From positions 1-28,652 of the forward strand of contig JBJTRZ010000636.1 in NCBI GenBank assembly GCA_046076415.1: DNA of 28,652 nucleotides. Reading direction: 5' to 3'. Numbering within the stretch: the first letter of the stretch is position 1; each line of letters begins with the position of its first letter. Positions 6,995 through 14,135 of this stretch are shown here, piece after piece. The notes beneath the pieces were generated by a model that saw only the letters and a list, made by a program, of their open reading frames with translations, made no database searches and was not told the DNA's origin. Both the position numbers and the translations under genes were made by a program. Source of the DNA: Armatimonadota bacterium. GTDB taxonomy: Bacteria; Armatimonadota; Armatimonadia; Armatimonadales; Armatimonadaceae.

Positions 6995-8820
6995 CCGGGG
7001 CCGAGGGTGCTGCAGGCAACGTTCCCACGTTTCCTGCGGAGATGGATGGGCGGTACGAGCTTCTTGAGCGCCTCGGCCGCGACCTGCTTACCACCGCCTA
7101 TCGTGCCAGGGACCGGGTGCGCAATCGGATCGTCGTGGTGCGGTTCCTGCGGGACGAATGGGTGGGGCACGCGGGAATCGCGCAGGGATTGCAACGGGGT
7201 GTCGCCGATACATTGGCCTTCCGGGACACCGGTGTGGTTCCGGTGGTGGATCTTGGGGCGTGCGCCGACGGACGGGTTGTATTCGTGGAGGATGTCGATC
7301 GCGGTTCGACATTGGCGGATCGGGTCCGCCACTCCGCCCCGTTTCCTCCGGAAACCGTCCGCTCGCTGGCCGTCGCCATCGCGGATGCGGTCGGCTACGC
7401 CCATTCCCGTGGGCTCGCGCATGGTGACTTGCGTTCCGAGCGCGTTTTGGTTGGCGGCGAACCTTCGGCCCGGGTTGGCGGATTCGGCCAAGCCGCTGCG
7501 GTTCGCGCCGTGGCCGATATCGATCCCGCGACTTTGGCGACGACAGTGGCGACCATCGCTCCCGAGGTGGCGACCTTGGGTCCGACGATGTCCGGCGACG
7601 TCTACGCCCTTGGCGTGATGATGTACGAGATGTTGGTGGGTCGGGCACCGTTCCTTGGAAATCCCGTCGAGGTGGCATTGCAGCATGCCCGCACGGAAGC
7701 GCCCCGCGTATCGGATACCGTTCCCGGTACTCCCTCCGATTTGGACGCGATCGTCGCCCGCTGTCTTGCCAAGGCTCCGGGGGAGCGATTCGCCGACGGT
7801 CGGGCCTTGGCGAAGGCGCTGCGCCAGGGCGGAACCGCGGCGGCCCCGTCCGTTCCGGAGAGCCACGTCGTGGAGGTTGGCGAGCCGCCCACCGTGGCGC
7901 GGATTCAACCCGGGGTGCGGGGAGCCGTGCCGATCGAAGTTACGGAGGAAACCATGCCAAGGCGCACCGCGCGTCCCGTCGCCGCCCCACCGCAGGGCAA
8001 GCCACGCGGTGCAAGTTGGCTCACCATAGCGATGATGGCGAGCGCGTTCCTGTTGGTTGGTTCCATCGCGTTGGTCTTCTCATGGGTGAAACCCTTGCTG
8101 ACACCGGCGACGACGATTCTGGTTCCGAACCTGGTGGGAATGCCCCTCGGGGAAGCGGAGGCGCTCGCACGCGAGCGGGGATTCTCGGTCCAGGTCATCG
8201 ATCGCCAGTTTCGGTCCGACCCTCCCGCCGATGTGATTTATCAAATGCGGGACAAGATCGGGGTTCCGATACGAACGGGCCAACCGGTTGCCGTTTGGGT
8301 TTCGAAGGGTCCGGAAATGGTGGAGGTTCCGGATGTTGCCCGTATGCGCCTCGACAAGGCGCGCGAGGTATTGGAGCGCGCGGGTCTCAAACTTGGCGTG
8401 CAGACCCGGCAATACGATTTCACGGAAGCCGCGGGCAACGTGATCGAACAGGCGGGTTTGCCGGGGCAGCGCAAACCCCGCGGAACCGCGATCGATGTCG
8501 TGGTTTCGAAGGGTCCGGAACCGCAGGAGGAACCGGTACCGGAGGAGCCCGCGCCAAAGCCCGCGGAGTCCCGCAAATCGGAACCCCAACCGGCCTCGCC
8601 GGCCCCGCCGGAGCGCGTGTTCAGTGTCCCGTACAAGGTTCCGGACGACGGGAAGGCCCATCAGATCCGCATCGACGTGGAGGACGGCGACGGATTGCAC
8701 ACGGCGTACGATGAGTCGGTGGAAGGGGGCAAGGAGTTGAACGTCGAGGTGACGGTTTCGGGGAAACGGTACCAGATACGTCTCTACGACAACGACGTAT
8801 TGAAGGGAACCGCGCCGTGA
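6991..8820 (+). CDS. PknB/StkP-like membrane Ser/Thr kinase-fold protein with PASTA domains; catalytic motifs degenerate (probable pseudokinase)
   Basis: GRYELLERLG, APE and DVYALGVMMYEMLVGRAPF kinase scaffold, a TM helix, two PASTA repeats (VPNLVGM..., VPDVARM...) and a C-terminal beta domain. Confidence 0.85.
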   Translation: MTGAEGAAGNVPTFPAEMDGRYELLERLGRDLLTTAYRARDRVRNRIVVVRFLRDEWVGHAGIAQGLQRGVADTLAFRDTGVVPVVDLGACADGRVVFVEDVDRGSTLADRVRHSAPFPPETVRSLAVAIADAVGYAHSRGLAHGDLRSERVLVGGEPSARVGGFGQAAAVRAVADIDPATLATTVATIAPEVATLGPTMSGDVYALGVMMYEMLVGRAPFLGNPVEVALQHARTEAPRVSDTVPGTPSDLDAIVARCLAKAPGERFADGRALAKALRQGGTAAAPSVPESHVVEVGEPPTVARIQPGVRGAVPIEVTEETMPRRTARPVAAPPQGKPRGASWLTIAMMASAFLLVGSIALVFSWVKPLLTPATTILVPNLVGMPLGEAEALARERGFSVQVIDRQFRSDPPADVIYQMRDKIGVPIRTGQPVAVWVSKGPEMVEVPDVARMRLDKAREVLERAGLKLGVQTRQYDFTEAAGNVIEQAGLPGQRKPRGTAIDVVVSKGPEPQEEPVPEEPAPKPAESRKSEPQPASPAPPERVFSVPYKVPDDGKAHQIRIDVEDGDGLHTAYDESVEGGKELNVEVTVSGKRYQIRLYDNDVLKGTAP

Positions 8821-9494
8821 GTCCCAATCCGCTCGTCTGGGCCCCTTCGCTGCTTGCCGCGGACTTCGGCGCCTTCGCCGACGCAGTGCGTCGTTGCGGC
8901 GACGCCGGGATCGATTGGTTCCATTTCGACGTTATGGACGGTCATTTCGTGCCGAATTTGACGTTCGGTGCCGGAGTGGTGGCGAGTCTGCGCAAGGTGG
9001 CGCCCGCCGCAACGTTCGATGTCCACCTGATGGTCACCAATCCCGACGCGCACATCGCAGGCTTCGTTGCGGCCGGGGCGGATGCGATCACGGTGCATGC
9101 CGAAGTGGCCCCGCATCTGCAGCGGACCCTTGCCGCCATCGGGGCGGCGGGTTGCCGTGCCGGAGTCGCTCTGAATCCGTCGACCGGTTTGGCGCCGCTG
9201 TCGTATGTCTGGGACGACATCGATCTGGTGTTGGTGATGACCGTGAACCCCGGATTCGGTGGGCAGTCGTTCCTCCCCGCGGCGGCTCGTAAAGTGGCGG
9301 AGCTCGACGCGATCCGCCGGGAGCGGGGACTTTCCTTCCGCATTTCGGTGGACGGAGGCGTGGATCCGCGGACGGCGCCGGGTTTGGTGGGGGATGGCGC
9401 GGACGTATTGGTGGCGGGCACGGCGTTGATGTGCCACCCGGATGGGCCTGCCGCCGGGCTTGCCGCGCTCCGGGCATCGATCGGAAATCGATGA
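8817..9494 (+). CDS. rpe: Ribulose-phosphate 3-epimerase
   Basis: APSLLAADF, HFDVMDGHFVPNLTFG, DVHLM, MTVNPGFGGQ and SVDGG motifs. GTGA overlap with the kinase stop. Confidence 0.95.
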   Translation: MSPNPLVWAPSLLAADFGAFADAVRRCGDAGIDWFHFDVMDGHFVPNLTFGAGVVASLRKVAPAATFDVHLMVTNPDAHIAGFVAAGADAITVHAEVAPHLQRTLAAIGAAGCRAGVALNPSTGLAPLSYVWDDIDLVLVMTVNPGFGGQSFLPAAARKVAELDAIRRERGLSFRISVDGGVDPRTAPGLVGDGADVLVAGTALMCHPDGPAAGLAALRASIGNR

Positions 9495-9871
9495 AGGCGG
9501 CCTTGCTGGTGGGTTTGGCCTTGAACATCCTTGTGCTGGTGCTGGGATATCCGCGGGGGTACGGTGCGTTGTCGCCGCGTTCGCGCTTGTACCGTACGGG
9601 TGGGCTCGGTTTGTTGCTGGTGTTGTTGGTGGTCGGGGTCGCCTATGTGTCGTTGCCGCCCCTCGACGGTACGCGCATCACCGCGTTCCGACATCTGATG
9701 CTTTTCTCGATCGGTGTGATGTTGGCGTTGTCGCTGGCGTGCGTGGCCGTGCTCGACGCGCTCGAGTCGTGGTCGGTCTTGCGTCGCGAGCAGCGGACCG
9801 TGTTGCGGACGATGGCCGAGGATGCGGCGCGCGTGGCGGAGGCGGCCCGCGAACGGAAGCAGCGTCGTTGA
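9491..9871 (+). CDS. Hypothetical three-TM membrane protein with charged C-terminal helix
   Basis: ATGA overlap with rpe and TTGA overlap with ribD. Three hydrophobic segments, 126 aa. Confidence 0.7.
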   Translation: MKAALLVGLALNILVLVLGYPRGYGALSPRSRLYRTGGLGLLLVLLVVGVAYVSLPPLDGTRITAFRHLMLFSIGVMLALSLACVAVLDALESWSVLRREQRTVLRTMAEDAARVAEAARERKQRR

Positions 9872-11031
9872 CCGCTTCGGCCGCCGAGGATCTGGCGTGG
9901 ATGCGCCGTGCACTGGCCTTGGCGCGTCGCGGTGGCCGTACGCACCCCAATCCCAGTGTGGGCGCCGTATTGGTTCGCGATGGACGGCTTCTAGCGGAGG
10001 GGCGCCACCGCGGTGTTGGTACCGCGCACGCGGAGGCAGATGCGCTGTCCCGTGCCATGGACGGAGTGCGGGGCGCCACGCTCTACGTGACGCTTGAACC
10101 GTGCGTGCATGAACGTCGCCCGGATGGAAGTGCCCGGGTGCCTTGCACGCGGCGCTGCATCGACGCCGGCATCGTTCGCGTGGTCGCGGCTATGGAGGAC
10201 CCGGATCCTTTGGTCGCCGGCGGGGGCTTCCGTCGGCTTCGTGCGGACGGCATACGCGTGGACGTGGGGGTCGGTTCCGAGGCGGCGGTCGGGATACTGG
10301 CCGCGTATGTGAAGCATCGAACCTATGGATTGCCGCTCGTGACCCACAAAGCGGCGTCCACCCGCGACGGCAAGATCGCCGCGGTGGGCGGGGATGCGCG
10401 CTGGGTGACCGGGCCCGAGGCCCGCCGTGCGGTGCATCGTTTGCGAGCCCGTGCGGATGCGGTGGTGGTGGGGGTGGGGACGGTCTTGGCGGACGACCCG
10501 CAATTGGACGTTCGCCTCGCCGGGCGTTCCGTCGCGAACCCGCTCCGGGTGGTGTGCGATAGTCGGTTGCGCACTCCGCCCACGGCCCGGGTGGCGGTTC
10601 CCGGGACCTTGGTGGCGACGTCGGAGGCCCTCGTTTCGAGCGATGGGGCCCGTCGCCTTGCGGATCGGGGGGTGGAGGTGCGGGGGTATCCCGTCCGGGC
10701 GGATGGCCGCTTGGATGTGGTTGCGATCGCGCGGGATCTGGCGCGGCGCGGTATTTGCGAGGTCTTGCTCGAGGCCGGGGGCACCCTGTCCGCGGCGTTC
10801 CACGAAGCGGGATTGGTCGATCGGGTCTGGTTCCATTTCGCACCGAAATTGGTGGGTGGGGCATCGGCTCCCACGCCGATCGACGGGGGCGGATTGGTCC
10901 GCCGAATGGCGGATGCGGTCCGGTTGACGAAGGTGCGCGTCCGGAGGTATGGTGAGGACATCGCGATCGAAGCTTGGATCGACGCGGACCCGAATCGACT
11001 TCGACCGGAGCAGGCCGCGGGAGCGGCGTGA
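9868..11031 (+). CDS. ribD: Bifunctional riboflavin deaminase/reductase RibD
   Basis: PNPSVGAVLV, HAE, TLYVTLEPC..PC zinc motif, DGKIA, AVVVGVGTVLADDPQL and LLEAGG motifs. TTG start overlaps the upstream stop. Confidence 0.93.
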   Translation: MTASAAEDLAWMRRALALARRGGRTHPNPSVGAVLVRDGRLLAEGRHRGVGTAHAEADALSRAMDGVRGATLYVTLEPCVHERRPDGSARVPCTRRCIDAGIVRVVAAMEDPDPLVAGGGFRRLRADGIRVDVGVGSEAAVGILAAYVKHRTYGLPLVTHKAASTRDGKIAAVGGDARWVTGPEARRAVHRLRARADAVVVGVGTVLADDPQLDVRLAGRSVANPLRVVCDSRLRTPPTARVAVPGTLVATSEALVSSDGARRLADRGVEVRGYPVRADGRLDVVAIARDLARRGICEVLLEAGGTLSAAFHEAGLVDRVWFHFAPKLVGGASAPTPIDGGGLVRRMADAVRLTKVRVRRYGEDIAIEAWIDADPNRLRPEQAAGAA

Positions 11032-11042
11032 TGGGAGCGACC

Positions 11043-11738
11043 ATGTTCACGGGCATCATCGAGGCGGTTGGCAAGGTGGCGGCGATCGATCGCGGCGGCT
11101 CCAATGTGCGTCTCACCATTTCCGCCGGCAAGGTGGCCGAGGATGTCCAACTTGGGGATTCCGTGGCGATCAACGGCGTGTGCCTGACCGTGGTGCATGC
11201 GGCTCCGCCGATACTGGAGTTCGAAGCCGTCACCGAGACCCTGCGCCGAACGTCGCTGGGGGATTTGCGTTCCGGCTCCACCGTCAATCTCGAGCGCGCT
11301 TTGCCCGTTGGTGGACGTCTCGGGGGGCATGTGGTCCAGGGGCATGTGGACGGCACGGGCCGGATCGCTTCGATTCGTCCGGTCGGAGACTCCTGGTGGA
11401 TCTATGTCGATGTCTCTCCCGAATTGATGCGTTACATCGTCGACAAGGGTTCGATCGCGGTGGATGGCATTTCGTTGACGGTGGCGGAGGCGGCGGATCG
11501 GACGTTCGCCGTGTCGATCATCCCCCATACTTGGGACAACACGACGCTGTCGGACAAGCGTGCGGGCGACTCGGTGAATATCGAGTGCGACATCCTCGGC
11601 AAGTACGTTGAGAAATTGCTTGGCGGGTACATCGCGGGTGGCGGCACCGTTTCCGGGGTTTCCGATCGTTCCCGTGGAGTCACGATGGATTTGTTGGAAC
11701 GGTCCGGTTACGTGGCGGCGGAGGAGGATCGTTGGTAG
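11043..11738 (+). CDS. ribE: Riboflavin synthase (alpha chain)
   Basis: Starts with the diagnostic MFTGII; GDSVAINGVCLTV, VNLER, GGHVVQGHVD and KGSIAVDGISLTV motifs. GGAG SD. Confidence 0.95.
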   Translation: MFTGIIEAVGKVAAIDRGGSNVRLTISAGKVAEDVQLGDSVAINGVCLTVVHAAPPILEFEAVTETLRRTSLGDLRSGSTVNLERALPVGGRLGGHVVQGHVDGTGRIASIRPVGDSWWIYVDVSPELMRYIVDKGSIAVDGISLTVAEAADRTFAVSIIPHTWDNTTLSDKRAGDSVNIECDILGKYVEKLLGGYIAGGGTVSGVSDRSRGVTMDLLERSGYVAAEEDRW

Positions 11739-12946
11739 GGGATCCCCCCGACGACGTCGCGTTTTCGTCGATCGAATTGGCGCTCGAGGATTTGCGCCGG
11801 GGCCGGATGATCATCCTGGTCGACGATGAGGATCGCGAGAACGAGGGTGATTTCGTGATGGCGGCCGAGCATGTTTCGGCCGAGGCCCTCACGGTGATGA
11901 CGCGCGAAGGGTCGGGCATCATCACGGTGCCGATGCCGGCGGATCGACTGCGGGCGCTCGATTTGGACCTGATGGTCCGCAACAATACCGAGAGCATGCG
12001 CACGGCGTTCACGGTCACCGTGGATGCGGCGTCGGGTACGACCACGGGCAGCAGTGCGCAGGATCGCGCAACCACCATCCGGCGGCTGGCGGATTCCTCC
12101 GCGGGGCCGGACGATTTCCTTCGCCCGGGGCATGTGAATCCCCTGATGGCCCGCAATGGCGGTGTGTTGAAACGTCCGGGCCACACCGAGGCGGCGGTCG
12201 ACCTGATGCGTCTGGCGGGCTTGTCTCCGGTCGGGGTGATCAGCGAGATCATGGGCGACAGCGGAGAGATGTCGCGCGTGCCCGAACTCGCCGCGTTGGC
12301 CCGTCGCCTCGACCTGCGGTTGGTCACCATAGCGGATCTGATCAAACACCGTCGCCGCACCGAGAAGTTGGTCCGGCGCATTGCGACGACGCGATTGCCG
12401 ACCCGGTACGGGCGATTCACGGCGCATGCCTATTTGTCGGACGTGGACGACAACGAGTATTTGGCGTTGACCCTCGGCGACCTCGAGGGCGATGCGCCGA
12501 TGTTGTGCCGAATCCACAGCTCGTGCGTGACGGGGGATCTCCTCGATTCGTTGCGATGCGACTGCGGCGACCAGCTGCACCTTGCGCTCGAGAAAATCTC
12601 GGCCGAGGGGCGCGGGGTGCTCCTGTACATCGAGCAGGAGGGCCGTGGCATCGGTCTGGTCAACAAGATGCGCGCGTATGCGCTCCAGGACGAGGGTGTG
12701 GACACGGTGGACGCCAATTTGCAATTGGGGTTCAAGGCGGATGCGCGGGATTACGGGATCGGGGCGCAGATCCTGGTGGATCTGGGGTTGCGGCGATTGC
12801 GCTTGATGACCAACAATCCGGCCAAGCGCGAGGGGATCGACGGGTTCGGTCTGGAGATAGTGGAGCGCGTGCCGATTCCGGTGGAACCCAATCCGGACAA
12901 TGCGCGCTACATCGAGACCAAGCGCACCCGCATGGGGCACGAATGA
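11732..12946 (+). CDS. ribBA: Bifunctional DHBP synthase / GTP cyclohydrolase II
   Basis: DDEDRENEGD, RPGHV, GHTEA, RCDCG, EGRGIGL and LMTNNP motifs. Confidence 0.95.
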   Translation: MVGDPPDDVAFSSIELALEDLRRGRMIILVDDEDRENEGDFVMAAEHVSAEALTVMTREGSGIITVPMPADRLRALDLDLMVRNNTESMRTAFTVTVDAASGTTTGSSAQDRATTIRRLADSSAGPDDFLRPGHVNPLMARNGGVLKRPGHTEAAVDLMRLAGLSPVGVISEIMGDSGEMSRVPELAALARRLDLRLVTIADLIKHRRRTEKLVRRIATTRLPTRYGRFTAHAYLSDVDDNEYLALTLGDLEGDAPMLCRIHSSCVTGDLLDSLRCDCGDQLHLALEKISAEGRGVLLYIEQEGRGIGLVNKMRAYALQDEGVDTVDANLQLGFKADARDYGIGAQILVDLGLRRLRLMTNNPAKREGIDGFGLEIVERVPIPVEPNPDNARYIETKRTRMGHE

Positions 12947-13028
12947 TGGGACGCGGGAACTTGGGTGCACGGGAGGTGCGTAGGTAAGACAGCGCATGTC
13001 CTCCTATGCATATCCATCCCAATGATGG

Positions 13029-13060
13029 AAACCCGGTCCTTGCGGACCGGGTTTTTTCTT
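13029..13060 (+). terminator. Intrinsic terminator after the rib operon, possibly bidirectional
   Basis: Perfect 11-bp stem AAACCCGGTCC-ttgc-GGACCGGGTTT followed by TTTCTT, between convergent ribBA and the sigma gene. Confidence 0.85.
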
Positions 13061-13085
13061 GTGTGGTGGGGGCGTGGCTGCGCGG

Positions 13086-14000
13086 TCAGGCTTCGACCAG
13101 TGCCCTGAGCAGACCCTTGCGGGCTTCCTGCCGCAGTTTGCGCAGCGCTTGGGCCTCGATCTGCCGGACCCGTTCCCGGGAGATGTTGAGTTCTTCGCCG
13201 ATTTGGGCGAGCACGCATCCATCCTCGCCGTCGAATCCGAAGCGCCGGCGCATGACGGTTTGTTCGCGTTCGTCGAGGAGTTCGAGAATTTTGGCGACGG
13301 CTTCCCGAACCTCGACATCGAGGAGGCGGTTTTGCGGATCGGGCGCGGTGCGGTCGGTGAGCAGGGCTCCGAGCGACGTGTTTTCCTCATCGCCGACGGG
13401 CAGGTCGAGGGAGATCGGTTCCTGCGTCGTGTTCATCAGCGACTGGATCTTGCGGGGCGATATGCCGGTGCGTTCCGCGAGTTGTTCGACGGTGGGATCC
13501 TCGCCGAGTTCGCGGCGGAGGTCGGTGCGGGCGCGGTCGACCTTGCGGAGGGATTCGGAGACATGCGCCGGGAGCCGGATCGATTTGGCCTTGTTGTCGA
13601 CGGCGCGCCCGATGGCCTGTCGGATCCACTGGGTGGCGTAGGTGGAGAAGCGAAATCCACGATCGGGATCGAATCGTTCGGCGGCGGTCATCAAACCGAT
13701 GGCGCCTTCCTGAACCAAGTCTTCGATGGGGATGCCGGAGGCGCGGTAGGCCTTGGCGATGGACACGACGAGGCGCATGTTGCATTCCACCAAGCGGTGC
13801 TTGGCTCGTGCGCCGTCGACCCCGCCGCCGCGGGTCCGATTGGCCAGATCAATTTCCTCCTGATGCGTCAGGAGACTGGCCCGTGTGAGGCGGGTCAGGT
13901 ACGAATGGGCATCGTCGCCCCGGGAATCGGCCTGCGGAGCGGCCTCTCCCCGTGTTCGCACCGAGCTGTTGCGCTGTCGCTCCATTGGCATCTGGCCCAT
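13086..14000 (-). CDS. RpoD/RpoS-family sigma-70 factor lacking region 1.1 (group 2-like)
   Basis: Region 1.2 (SYLTRL..LLTHQEEIDLA), region 2 (NMRLVVSIAKAY, DLVQEG.IGL, FSTYATQWIRQAI), region 3 (IRLPAH, EPISLD) and region 4 (IGEELNISRERVRQIEAQALRKLR). AGGAAAGG SD; alternative start at 14072. Confidence 0.9.
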   Translation of the reverse strand: MGQMPMERQRNSSVRTRGEAAPQADSRGDDAHSYLTRLTRASLLTHQEEIDLANRTRGGGVDGARAKHRLVECNMRLVVSIAKAYRASGIPIEDLVQEGAIGLMTAAERFDPDRGFRFSTYATQWIRQAIGRAVDNKAKSIRLPAHVSESLRKVDRARTDLRRELGEDPTVEQLAERTGISPRKIQSLMNTTQEPISLDLPVGDEENTSLGALLTDRTAPDPQNRLLDVEVREAVAKILELLDEREQTVMRRRFGFDGEDGCVLAQIGEELNISRERVRQIEAQALRKLRQEARKGLLRALVEA

Positions 14001-14104
14001 GGCGTCGCCTTTCCTGTCTCGGAATGGAATGACCCGATATTCCCTTCCTTCGGGAACTTCTCCTTCCGTCATTCCGGTATTTTTGCGAATTCCGAAAGGT
14101 TCCC

Positions 14105-14135
14105 CCAACCGGTTGGCTTGCGCGCTCGCTGTCAA
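14105..14135 (-). promoter_or_regulatory. Consensus -35 (TTGACA) with a 12-bp palindrome at the -10 position, upstream of the sigma gene
   Basis: TTGACA at 14135-14130 on the minus strand; perfect palindrome CCAACCGGTTGG at 14105-14116. Confidence 0.35.

Noticed and set aside
12508-12570. RIHSSC instead of the more common RVHSEC in GTP cyclohydrolase II
   Set aside because: The zinc-binding Cys residues (C..RCDC) and EGRG are intact, so this looks like ordinary variation.
12995-13005. Perfect AGGAGG on the minus strand before the ATG of the 429-aa antisense ORF
   Set aside because: Spacing to the ATG is only 2 nt and the ORF is antisense to ribBA with no recognisable product.
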